Shown here piece by piece: positions 42,651-51,829 of a stretch of DNA of 64,000 nt. A program made the translations under genes and the position numbers. The notes under the pieces were generated by a model. The model was not told the origin of the DNA. It did no database searches and worked only from the letters and a program-made list of their open reading frames with translations. How positions within the stretch are numbered: position 1 is the first letter of the stretch; the number at the start of each line of letters is the position of its first letter. The stretch comes from a virus: IMG/VR virus record IMGVR_UViG_3300021093_000045, positions 14,795-78,794 of that record; one strand, written 5' to 3'.

Positions 42651-43078
42651 AATATCTTTGTTGGAATATTATCAATAAATTCCAATAGTTTATTAAAACT
42701 TTCAAATACGTAACGACGAGTTGTTTCTAAAACATATCCGTCTTCTTCTTTATAAATCTTAACAAATTGTTTTTCATTTTCCATTTCAAGTGATGGAATC
42801 TCTACTTCGCAGGTCATATCATAGTCATTATCCATTTTGAACCCCATGTGACCTAATGTATCAAGTTCATTAAATGACCATCCGTTTGGATTATCGATAT
42901 CCATTATTTTATATTTAGGATTATCTTCAGTTTCTACATTAAGAAAGTTTTTCATTTTCATAGTTGTAGGTCTATAGTTAAAATCATGATTATCTCTATC
43001 TTTATTAATAATAAATTTCAAATTACTATCTTGTGATTCAATGTAATTTTTAAATTTTGGATTATAATTATAGGCCAT
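42647..43078 (-). CDS. Hypothetical protein
   Basis: Probable start MAYNYN at 43078, overlapping the end of the upstream minus-strand gene. Confidence 0.55.
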   Translation of the reverse strand: MAYNYNPKFKNYIESQDSNLKFIINKDRDNHDFNYRPTTMKMKNFLNVETEDNPKYKIMDIDNPNGWSFNELDTLGHMGFKMDNDYDMTCEVEIPSLEMENEKQFVKIYKEEDGYVLETTRRYVFESFNKLLEFIDNIPTKIF

Positions 43079-43679
43079 ATGAGTTAATTCTATCAATAAA
43101 GTCTGATAAGACTTTGGTTTTCCCAGATTCATCATCTTCAAAAATATTACTTAGTGTATAAAACACTTTATCTTCAGGTTTATCTGTATCATCTGACATA
43201 ATTCTGATAAAACAAGCATAGTTATAAAGACCTTTATTTTGATTATTGGCTAACTTTTTGAAGACAAATTTTTTTGAAGAATCATTACTATGTATATCCG
43301 CGATGATTTCACCGGTGCTTCTTTTGTGTATAAAATTTGTTTTTCCAAACCCAGCAAATCCATTTTGTTTGGATTGAAATACTAATAATTCTTTTTGATT
43401 AAATGGTAGACCAACATTTTCTCTTAATACTTGGTCAAACGGTTTATCAATGATTTCTTTTGCCTTACTAAGAGTATATTCAGATCCACTTTCTTTGTAT
43501 CCTTCTTTTAATTTGTGAAGTATTTCTTTAATTTTGATAAAATGATTCACACTAGTTGGTTTGATTGTTTTTGCCATTTTAAGAATTTGTGGAGATACTT
43601 TATTTGGTGATATATCACCTTTTTGTAATCCACGTACTAATCTGAATAGTCTTGCTTGTTTTTCACTTTTAGCAGGCAT
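43068..43679 (-). CDS. Hypothetical protein with MPAKSEKQ-type N-terminal module
   Basis: Minus-strand TATTTAT 5 nt upstream of the ATG at 43679. Confidence 0.6.
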   Translation of the reverse strand: MPAKSEKQARLFRLVRGLQKGDISPNKVSPQILKMAKTIKPTSVNHFIKIKEILHKLKEGYKESGSEYTLSKAKEIIDKPFDQVLRENVGLPFNQKELLVFQSKQNGFAGFGKTNFIHKRSTGEIIADIHSNDSSKKFVFKKLANNQNKGLYNYACFIRIMSDDTDKPEDKVFYTLSNIFEDDESGKTKVLSDFIDRINSYGL

Positions 43680-43828
43680 ATACAATAAATATGATTTTTT
43701 TTAATATATTATGCATTTTAATTATATTTATTTATTAAATACGTCAATCATTTGATGTCTACAAAAAATCAATCTTCTTTGGAGTTCTATAATAACTTCA
43801 CAAACAATATAAGAAAGGTAAAATTAAT

Positions 43829-44950
43829 ATGAGCGATCTATTAAAGGAAAGCATCGCAGACGCAAAGGCAGTTCGTGAAACTGCAATTGCTAATGCAAAA
43901 ACTTTTCTTGAGGAAAATTTTGCTAAGAGCATGAAAGAAATGTTCGCAGACCAACTCAAGAAAGAAATGGTTGAAGAAGAAAACACCGAAACTAAAGAAG
44001 GTAAAGTTGAAGAAAAGTTAGCTTCATCCGGTATCGGCGGTGAAAAGGGTAATACTGCTGATACGCAACATCCAAAATCTCCATCTGCTTCGGCTAACAA
44101 GACATCAACCGAAACAAGTGGTAACGAAACTGAAGTTGCTAAGCTTGAAGAAGAAGAGGGTGCCGAAGTAACCAGCGAAGAACTTGAAGAAATTCTAGCA
44201 GAGCTAGAAGGTGAGGTCGGACACAGACATGATGACACAGACAAACCAGAGAAAGACGAAAGCATCAATAAAGATGCGGATGGCCTGGAGGAAATGGATG
44301 ATATGGATGAAACAGTAAATTTAGATGAACTTCTAGCAGAACTAGAAACTGAAGAAGAAAACGTCGATCCAGCCGCTGCTGCCGTAGCAGCTCCAGCAGC
44401 TCCAGCCGCTCCTGTTGCTCCAGCTGCAGCTGCTCCAGAAGCAGTTCCAGCCGCATCCGCAGCTCCTGCCCCAGGTCAAGTTCCATCACCATCTGAAGGG
44501 GATGTAACCTGTGAAGAAATGGCAGAAGCTCTAGTAGCTATTAATGAAGAAAACGAAGCATTGAAGAACCAATTGAGTGAACACGTAGAAACTGTCAAGT
44601 ATTTGAAAGGTGTTCTATCAGAAACCAATTTGTTAAATGCTAAGTTGCTATACACCAACAAGTTGTTCAAGGGCAAGACTTTGACCGAAGAACAAAAGTT
44701 GAAGATTATTAACACTTTCGACTTGACTAAAAATATTCGTGAAGTCAAGTTGGCATATACAGTTTTGGCCGAATCAATTAATGGAGGTGGATCAGTTGTT
44801 AAAAAGAAGACAAATGCAACTGTAAGTACTATCACCGAAGGTTTGGCAAGCAAACCAGTATCCAGCACAAAGCCTGAATCTACCATTGTAGAACCTCAAG
44901 CTGATGTGATGGCTTCAAGATTCCAAAAGCTCGCAGGAATTAAGAAGTAA
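43829..44950 (+). CDS. gp22: Prohead scaffold protein (T4 gp22-like)
   Basis: Highly acidic coiled coil with an Ala/Pro linker, directly upstream of the MCP; C-terminal RFQKLAGI. Confidence 0.82.
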   Translation: MSDLLKESIADAKAVRETAIANAKTFLEENFAKSMKEMFADQLKKEMVEEENTETKEGKVEEKLASSGIGGEKGNTADTQHPKSPSASANKTSTETSGNETEVAKLEEEEGAEVTSEELEEILAELEGEVGHRHDDTDKPEKDESINKDADGLEEMDDMDETVNLDELLAELETEEENVDPAAAAVAAPAAPAAPVAPAAAAPEAVPAASAAPAPGQVPSPSEGDVTCEEMAEALVAINEENEALKNQLSEHVETVKYLKGVLSETNLLNAKLLYTNKLFKGKTLTEEQKLKIINTFDLTKNIREVKLAYTVLAESINGGGSVVKKKTNATVSTITEGLASKPVSSTKPESTIVEPQADVMASRFQKLAGIKK

Positions 44951-45001
44951 TTAGTTTGCGAGTATTAACAAACCAAAAAGATAAAAAAAGGAAAAAATAT
45001 T

Positions 45002-46768
45002 ATGGATGTAAAAAGTCTATTAACAAATAATATGAATCCACAAGCCAAATTGATGGCCGAAACCCGTGGATTACAAACTAAGTGGGAAAAGACAGGCCTT
45101 CTTGAAGGCGTAACTGGTGTTGAAAAGGCACACATGTCAATCCTATTAGAAAACCAAGCAAAGCAATTGCTAGATGAAGCTTCTACAACTGGTACATCAA
45201 CCAGTTCAGAACAATGGGCTGGCGTTGCTCTACCATTAGTTCGCCGTGTATTCGCTGAAATTGCTGCTAAGGAATTCGTAAGCGTTCAACCAATGAATTT
45301 ACCATCCGGTCTAGTATTTTACTTAGACTTTAAGTATGGTACTGGTAAGTTGGGTCAAACCCCAGGCACTAGCTTGTTCGGTGGTACCAATTCTGCTAAG
45401 TTCGGTTCAACCGATGCAGCAGTAAATGGTCTATACGGTCAAGGTCGTTTTGCTTACTCTGAACGTGTAGTAACGAGTTCAGCATTCACATCCGCAAACG
45501 CAACTGTAACTTCCGCAAGCTGGAAAGATCTACAATTTGATTCAGCATTTAGCTCCTCATTGTCAGGCACTAATGTTAAGGGTGTCTTCAAGATTGCTCT
45601 AGATATTAACGACAATACTCAAGCCACAAACGGATCTTTAGCCGCTACTGGTTATGTATGGAATGCTGACTTGAACGCAGTACGTTCATTTGGTCTGCAA
45701 ACTACGGGTAACGTAGGCCTAACTGTATTAAACACCTACGCCAACGTAGTAAATACAGGTACTATTGCTGCACCAAACTACGTAATTAACTTGTTCGTAA
45801 GTCAATCAAGTACCGCTGCTACCCCAGCACAAACTCCAAAGTTGAACTACACAATTCAACCTACAGATAATCGCCGTGGTGACTTTGAAGCTGGTAAGAC
45901 CGCAGGTGAAGGTTCTGGTAATGCTGCTGGTACCGCTACACAACCTATCGGTGACGATATCAGTATTCCTGAAGTAAACTTGGTACTAAACAGCGAACCA
46001 ATAGTTGCTAAGACCCGTAAGTTGAAAGCAGTCTGGACTCCAGAATTGGCTCAAGACTTGAACGCATATCATTCCATCGATGCAGAAGCAGAACTTACTG
46101 CTCTATTGAGTGAATATGTATCTATGGAAATCGACCTCGAAATCCTAGACATGTTGAACGAGTCCGTAACTGGTACTACTACCGAAGCTTGGTCAGCCCA
46201 AATTGGTACTGAGTTCACTAAGACTCTAAGCTTTGCAGGTGGTGGTACAACAGGTACTCCGGTTGCTAACTTCACCCGTGTAGTTAACAGCTCACCAAAT
46301 CGTACTGCTTACGTTAAGAGCACTTGGTTCCAAACTCTTGGTAACAAGATCCAAAAGGTCTCAAACAAGATTCACCAATTGACTCTACGTGGTGGTGCAA
46401 ACTTCCTAGTATGTTCACCAGACGTAGCAACTATCTTGGAATCAATCCCAGGTTATGTTGTTAACACAGATGGTGATCAAGCTAAGTTCGCAATGGGTGT
46501 AAGTCGTGTTGGTAGCTTCGCAAGTCGCTTCCAAGTTTACAAGAACCCATACATGACTGATAACGTAATCTTGGTTGGTTTCCGTGGAAGCAACTTCCTA
46601 GAAACCGGTGCAGTATATGCTCCATATATTCCACTAATCCAAACTCCATTGGTTTATGACCCAACTAACTTCACACCACGTAGAGGCGTAATGACCCGCT
46701 ACGCTAAGAAGGTAGTGCGCCCCGAATTCTATGGAAAAGTTCTTATCAGTGATCTTGACACCGTATAA
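45002..46768 (+). CDS. gp23: Major capsid protein (T4 gp23-like)
   Basis: KWEKTGLLEG, LLENQ, PLVRR, VQPMNLPSGLVF, AKTRKLKA.WTPELAQDL.AYH.IDAEAEL, YAPYIPL, GVMTRY. Confidence 0.97.
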   Translation: MDVKSLLTNNMNPQAKLMAETRGLQTKWEKTGLLEGVTGVEKAHMSILLENQAKQLLDEASTTGTSTSSEQWAGVALPLVRRVFAEIAAKEFVSVQPMNLPSGLVFYLDFKYGTGKLGQTPGTSLFGGTNSAKFGSTDAAVNGLYGQGRFAYSERVVTSSAFTSANATVTSASWKDLQFDSAFSSSLSGTNVKGVFKIALDINDNTQATNGSLAATGYVWNADLNAVRSFGLQTTGNVGLTVLNTYANVVNTGTIAAPNYVINLFVSQSSTAATPAQTPKLNYTIQPTDNRRGDFEAGKTAGEGSGNAAGTATQPIGDDISIPEVNLVLNSEPIVAKTRKLKAVWTPELAQDLNAYHSIDAEAELTALLSEYVSMEIDLEILDMLNESVTGTTTEAWSAQIGTEFTKTLSFAGGGTTGTPVANFTRVVNSSPNRTAYVKSTWFQTLGNKIQKVSNKIHQLTLRGGANFLVCSPDVATILESIPGYVVNTDGDQAKFAMGVSRVGSFASRFQVYKNPYMTDNVILVGFRGSNFLETGAVYAPYIPLIQTPLVYDPTNFTPRRGVMTRYAKKVVRPEFYGKVLISDLDTV

Positions 46769-46792
46769 TTCTTGGTTCAATTAAAATAACTC

Positions 46793-46820
46793 AAAACCCC
46801 AACGAAAGTTGGGGTTTTTT
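46793..46820 (+). terminator. Rho-independent terminator after the MCP gene
   Basis: AAAACCCCAAC-GAAA-GTTGGGGTTTT stem-loop followed by a T-tract. Confidence 0.9.
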
Positions 46821-46840
46821 GTTGCACATAAATAAAATAT

Positions 46841-46869
46841 TTGACATTACCATAGAATTTGTATATACT
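46841..46869 (+). promoter_or_regulatory. Sigma70-type promoter for the GIY-YIG gene
   Basis: TTGACA-17 nt-TATACT. Confidence 0.82.
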
Positions 46870-46877
46870 TATATTAT

Positions 46878-47615
46878 ATGAAAAGTGGTGTATACAAAAT
46901 AACAAATATTAAAAATGGTAAGTTTTACATTGGCTCTGCTAAAGATATTGACCGTCGTTGGTGGGAACACAAAAACGATTTAAAGCAAAATAAACATATC
47001 AATCCTAAGCTGCAACATGCGTGGGATTTTTATGGAGAGTCTGGTTTTGAATTTGTTATTTTGGAGAATGTGAATGAAAGTGAATTATTTAAACGAGAAC
47101 AATTTTATTTAGATATATTTAAACCTTATATGCGTGATATTGGTTATAATATCAGTCCAATAGCTAACGGTGGAGATAATTTTACATATAATCCTAATAA
47201 AGAAAAAATCTTAGAAAATATGACTGCTGCAAATAATGTGGGTCATATGCATGGTAAAAAACATAGTGATGAGGCTAAGGAGAGACAGCGAGAACGTGCT
47301 GTAGGACGTTATACATTAGAGTGGTTTGTTGCTAAATATGGTACTGACGTTGGTACACTTAAATATAAGGAGAGAAATGAAAAGTTGGCTAATCGCAATA
47401 TTAATTACAGTTATGATAACGGCTTAAAAGGCAAAAAGCGTGGTGCTATGAGTGATGAAATGAAACGTAAGATTAGTGAACAAAAGAGAAACTTTGCGCT
47501 TAGAAAAAATGAATTTGTTGATGATTTGAAGAGTGGTAATTTTAGTAATAACGAATTGAGTGAAAAGTATGGTGTATCACTAACCACGATTAAATTACAT
47601 AAAAGAAAATATTAA
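46878..47615 (+). mobile_element. Free-standing GIY-YIG homing endonuclease with NUMOD3-like repeats
   Basis: SGVYKITN...FYIGSA...R...H...E; HGKKHSDEAK and AMSDEMKRKIS repeats; C-terminal HTH. Adjacent to the capsid gene like T4 seg genes. Confidence 0.9.
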
Positions 47616-47646
47616 TTTTTTTTTGTTTTTTTTGTTTTTTATATAT

Positions 47647-47675
47647 TTGACATTATCATAAAATTTATATATACT
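47647..47675 (+). promoter_or_regulatory. Sigma70-type promoter for ppa, a near copy of the 46841 promoter
   Basis: TTGACA-17 nt-TATACT; 37 of 40 nt match 46837-46876. Confidence 0.82.
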
Positions 47676-47694
47676 TATATTAGTTCTCCGTTTT

Positions 47695-48228
47695 ATGCTA
47701 CAAAATTTAATTAATGTTTCGCAACCCATACTGTTTCCAACTGAGGCTCATGCTATTGTAGAAATACCAAAAGATACAAATGCAAAATATGAATATGATG
47801 TTAAATTAAACATGTTACGATTGGATAGATGTTTAATTAGTTCACTTCAATATCCAGCCAGTTATGGATTTTTACCCCAAACTTTATCCGAGGATGGAGA
47901 TCCAACCGATATTTTAATATATAACACCGTACCTCTTATACCTTTATCTCTTATAACGGTTAAGATTGTGGGTGGATTAGTAACATATGATTACGATAAG
48001 AAAGACTATAAAATATTAGGAGTTCCAACATATAATCCAAATAATTACGAAGATATAGATGATCTAGATTCTATGTTTTTAACAGTGTGTGAAGACTTTT
48101 TTAGGTTGTATAAGAAGGTTAATAAAAAACCCAATCCTATTAAAGTAAAGGGATGGATTCATAATAAAGAGGCTCAAAAGTATGTAATTGGGTGTCATAA
48201 CAATTTTAAAGTCAATTCTAATAAGTAA
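47695..48228 (+). CDS. ppa: Family I inorganic pyrophosphatase
   Basis: VEIPK..KYEYD, LDR, YPASYGFLPQTLSEDGDPTD, DYKI, FFRLYK. Confidence 0.92.
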   Translation: MLQNLINVSQPILFPTEAHAIVEIPKDTNAKYEYDVKLNMLRLDRCLISSLQYPASYGFLPQTLSEDGDPTDILIYNTVPLIPLSLITVKIVGGLVTYDYDKKDYKILGVPTYNPNNYEDIDDLDSMFLTVCEDFFRLYKKVNKKPNPIKVKGWIHNKEAQKYVIGCHNNFKVNSNK

Positions 48229-48240
48229 TTTTAATTAAAC

Positions 48241-48271
48241 AAACCCCCTTCCGAAAGGTTGGGGGTTTTTT
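48241..48271. terminator. Probable bidirectional terminator between convergent ppa and mom-like genes
   Basis: AAACCCCC-TTCC-GAAA-GGTT-GGGGGTTT hairpin with A/T tracts. Confidence 0.75.
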
Positions 48272-49061
48272 ATTCAAAAAATTGATTGATATTTTCCACA
48301 AGGATTTCCGTTACTTCTTCTTTGAACGAAGTATTTTTTGGGTAAGGTAGAACTTTATGTTTTAGTGATTTAGCTAACTTTTTATTTTCTATCTTGTTGC
48401 CAATAAACTTGATATAACGATGTTTACCGCTTTCACGTTTGCGCCAAAATGTTCTACCTATACGTTCTTTTAGTTTATCCACACTATGTGTTTTCCATCT
48501 AGCATAAACACTTCTACTATGTATCCACTCATAATTAGGAGGACCGTTTAAACTAACACTATAGTTAGGCATTAGTGCTATATCTACATAATTATCCCCT
48601 TGATATAGGAATCCTGTTGCTTGATATATTGTACCTTTATGACCCACCTCGCTGTCAGCGTAACTTAATATACATTTTATGTGGGGATATTCGATGTTTA
48701 ATAATCTAAAACTTTCAGCAATACAATAGCTTTCAATATTCTTGCCATAACCATCAGATATCCACAGTCTTGTAAGTTCTAGTACATTGTTGTTAGTAAG
48801 TAGTGGAGATATGCTTGTACTGGCATTTCTACCTACTGCATTTCCGTATATCAATACGCCAATTAATTTTTCGTTATAACCACCAAAGAATGTGCTTTCT
48901 ATATATTCTTTATGATAAACACCATAAGCTACAGTACATAAACTCCATTTATGAGTATAATGATTCTTTTCAATAAGTATTTTTGCAATATTTTTATTGA
49001 TACTTTTGATGTTAATTAACGATGTATCACAATATTTTGACATAATAGTATCATGTATCAT
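48270..49061 (-). CDS. Mom-like (GNAT-fold) DNA base-modification protein
   Basis: NHY, LELTRLW, ESYCIA, ILSYADSEVGHKGTIYQATGFLYQG, KHRY are Mu Mom family motifs. Confidence 0.8.
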   Translation of the reverse strand: MIHDTIMSKYCDTSLINIKSINKNIAKILIEKNHYTHKWSLCTVAYGVYHKEYIESTFFGGYNEKLIGVLIYGNAVGRNASTSISPLLTNNNVLELTRLWISDGYGKNIESYCIAESFRLLNIEYPHIKCILSYADSEVGHKGTIYQATGFLYQGDNYVDIALMPNYSVSLNGPPNYEWIHSRSVYARWKTHSVDKLKERIGRTFWRKRESGKHRYIKFIGNKIENKKLAKSLKHKVLPYPKNTSFKEEVTEILVENINQFFE

Positions 49062-49109
49062 AGTGGTGAAATATACAAGTTTTTATAGTATGGATTGATA
49101 TTTATAGAC

Positions 49110-50036
49110 ATGAGAAAACTATTTACACTATTTTTAACATCATTTTTATTGGTCAGCGGATGCAAATCTACGAATGTAGAAAAGGTCCAAAAGACCAAAG
49201 ATGTTCTTGCAAATACCCGAGTTGAAATGGCAAAAAACGAAGGTGAAAAGTTACAACAAGTTGCTACACTAGCTAGTGGAACTGACTATTCTCTTAAATC
49301 TGTTACAAATCCGCCCGTCCAAGTCAAGACTGCTATAGACTTTAATGGTAGAATTTTGAACATCACTGGTAATCCAAATATCGATGATTTGAACAAAATA
49401 AAAGAACTCACAGATCTATTGAATAGTGAAGTTGAAAAGGAAAAACAAAAGGGCGGTAAACTACTCAAAGAACGTGATGATGAGATTATGACTCTTCAAG
49501 TAAGACAAAAAGAAATTGAAGATGTGTATGAAAAACAAATAAAAGGATTGGAAACACAGGCTTCGCAGGTGGCAAAAAAGGCAGACGCCCTTCAGGTTAC
49601 CGTGAATGAAGTAAACAGTTGGATGGGTCTAGGCGGTGTCATGTATGGTTTGAAGAGGTTTGTGACAATAGGGGTTACTGGCATATTAATATTCTTGATA
49701 TGCTTTATGGTATTGAGATTTTTGGCAGCTACAAATCCAATTGCAAGCGCGATATTTAGTGTATTTGAACATATTGCTTCATATGCAATATCAATAATAA
49801 AGGGTATAGCTCCTAGATCTGTTGATTTTAGTAATTTGACTTCTTCGGTTGAATTTGGTAAATACAAGACCACTTTGGATAGTGTTGTGGATACTATAGA
49901 AATAATGAAGAATGTAGAGAAAAAGACTGGGGTTAGTTATACGTTAAAGGATTTAGGTGTTGAATTGGATAAAAACTTAAATGACAACGAAAAGAGACTA
50001 ATTGGCGAATTAAAACTAACAAACAAGTATGAATAA
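49110..50036 (+). CDS. Lipoprotein with coiled coil and internal transmembrane helix (unimolecular spanin-like topology)
   Basis: MRKLFTLFLTSFLLVSG-C lipobox, long coiled coil, then hydrophobic FVTIGVTGILIFLICFMVL. Confidence 0.6.
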   Translation: MRKLFTLFLTSFLLVSGCKSTNVEKVQKTKDVLANTRVEMAKNEGEKLQQVATLASGTDYSLKSVTNPPVQVKTAIDFNGRILNITGNPNIDDLNKIKELTDLLNSEVEKEKQKGGKLLKERDDEIMTLQVRQKEIEDVYEKQIKGLETQASQVAKKADALQVTVNEVNSWMGLGGVMYGLKRFVTIGVTGILIFLICFMVLRFLAATNPIASAIFSVFEHIASYAISIIKGIAPRSVDFSNLTSSVEFGKYKTTLDSVVDTIEIMKNVEKKTGVSYTLKDLGVELDKNLNDNEKRLIGELKLTNKYE

Positions 50037-50048
50037 TATTTATATTAT

Positions 50049-50651
50049 ATGATTAAATTAATCGATTTATTTGAAAATCAAGAACTTTGTCCGATGAAAA
50101 TGCTGCAAGATACAGTAATTACAGCTAATTTAAATTATCATTTAGAAAAACAAATTCCATTAATGGAAAACATTTTTAGAACTTATAGTGAATCTTATTT
50201 TGAGTTAATTGAAGAAGTTCGTAAGTTATATTACAATAATTTAATTGAACTATGTGATCCAGACGCTGAATTGGTTGAGAGTGACCTTGGTAAAAAAGAA
50301 ATTTTTGAGGGTAGAGAAGTTTATTTGGATGCTCCGATTGAAATTGAAGAAGATTTGATAATTGAAGCTAAACATCGTGGCAGAAGTGTTACACTTAATA
50401 GACCAGTTAGAACTCCAGGTGGACCAAAAAAATATGCTGTCTACGTCAAAGGTAAAAATGGTAAAATCAAGAAAGTAACATTCGGAGATCCAAATATGAG
50501 AAGTAGAGCAGGCAATAAAGCTCGTCGAAAAAGTTTTGCTGCTAGACATAGATGTGCTCAAAAGAAAGACAGAACAACAGCCGGTTATTGGAGTTGTCGT
50601 AGTCATCGTATGCGCAGTTTAGGTAATAAAGGCCGAGGTAGATTTTGGTAA
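50049..50651 (+). CDS. Hypothetical protein with acidic N-half and basic Cys/His C-domain
   Basis: KKYAVYVK..KVTFG..RRKSFAARHRC..AGYWSC; MIKLIDLFEN leader. Confidence 0.7.
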   Translation: MIKLIDLFENQELCPMKMLQDTVITANLNYHLEKQIPLMENIFRTYSESYFELIEEVRKLYYNNLIELCDPDAELVESDLGKKEIFEGREVYLDAPIEIEEDLIIEAKHRGRSVTLNRPVRTPGGPKKYAVYVKGKNGKIKKVTFGDPNMRSRAGNKARRKSFAARHRCAQKKDRTTAGYWSCRSHRMRSLGNKGRGRFW

Positions 50652-50654
50652 ATT

Positions 50655-50996
50655 ATGATAAAATTAGAAACTTCAATAATTAAATTAACTGATAATGCTT
50701 TAACCGAAGTAAATAATTTAGTTAAAAATACAGAGGATTATAAAAACAAAAGTTTGAGAATATTTGTAGAAGCAGGTGGATGTAGTGGTTTACAGTATGG
50801 TATGACATTTGATGAAATCAGAGACAATGATTTGGTATATGAATATGAAAGTGTGAGTGTAGTCATAGACAATTTTAGTGCGAATTATATTAAAGAGGCT
50901 GAACTAGATTATTCTTATGAATTAATGGGCGGAGGTTTTAAATTTATTAATCCAAATGCAGCAAGCACTTGTGGTTGTGGTAAAAGTTTTAATTAA
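50655..50996 (+). CDS. iscA: A-type Fe-S cluster carrier (ErpA/IscA/HesB family)
   Basis: LRIFVEAGGCSGLQYGM...FKFINPNAASTCGCGKSF. Confidence 0.95.
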   Translation: MIKLETSIIKLTDNALTEVNNLVKNTEDYKNKSLRIFVEAGGCSGLQYGMTFDEIRDNDLVYEYESVSVVIDNFSANYIKEAELDYSYELMGGGFKFINPNAASTCGCGKSFN

Positions 50997-51032
50997 ATTT
51001 TTTATGGTAAAATTTATTGTCTTTTAAAAGAC

Positions 51033-51218
51033 AAAAAAATAAACTACGTTTAAAAACGACAAATATAATATGGTTAAGTTTGAGGTTGAAAAACGTCCAG
51101 TTCTTACTGAATTAAGACGTATATGTGCTCAAAAGATCAAACAACAGCTGGATATTGGCTTTATAGAAGTCATAGAATGAAATCATTGAGCAATAAAGGT
51201 AAAAGAAAATATTGGTAA
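51033..51218 (+). pseudogene. Decayed second copy of the 3' end of gene 50049..50651
   Basis: Ends TTAGYWLYRSHRMKSLSNKGKRKYW* versus TTAGYWSCRSHRMRSLGNKGRGRFW*; the upstream part is frameshifted. Confidence 0.8.
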
Positions 51219-51257
51219 TTTAAATTTTAAAATATATTTATTAAGAGGAGAAATTAT

Positions 51258-51545
51258 ATGACGCGTAACGAAATTAAAAATTTAATCAAAGAAATACTAG
51301 AAGAACTTAAATTAGAAGCTAAAAAAGAATCTCCTAAGAAAGAAGCGCCTAAGAAACAATCACCACCAGCTCCAAAGGTTACCAAGAAATTGGATCAAAC
51401 CGGTGATGGCAAGATTACTACTGGTGATGCTGTAATTGCTGCCAGAAAAGCAGCAGCTGCTGAAAGAGATGGTAAAACAGATGATGCTGCTTTTTTAAGG
51501 AAAGTCCAATCTATTGTTAACAAGAGACTTGGAAATAAGGTTTAA
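51258..51545 (+). CDS. Small basic protein with EF-hand-like loop
   Basis: GAGGAG Shine-Dalgarno; LDQTGDGKITTGD; IKEILEELKLEA leader. Confidence 0.7.
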   Translation: MTRNEIKNLIKEILEELKLEAKKESPKKEAPKKQSPPAPKVTKKLDQTGDGKITTGDAVIAARKAAAAERDGKTDDAAFLRKVQSIVNKRLGNKV

Positions 51546-51568
51546 TCAAATAATAAATTTATGACAAA

Positions 51569-51594
51569 GTCCCGCTAGGTTCTGGCGGGATTTT
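51569..51594 (+). terminator. Rho-independent terminator
   Basis: TCCCGCTAG/CTGGCGGGA stem followed by TTTT. Confidence 0.75.
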
Positions 51595-51829
51595 CTATTT
51601 ATAAGAGTATGATATTAACTAAAAATAGACATGTTAAGTGTGGTTGTTTGATGACACAAGTAATCCTACATGCGGATTACATGTTATAAGATCGAGTAGA
51701 ACCAGAATGTAAGAAGAATGTAAGAAGAAGATATGACTATTAAAACAGACAATTATCTGATAAAATTTACAGCTAATACTGGTTATTATAGAATTGGTAA
51801 GTATAATTTAAAAAAACAAACAATTAGTT

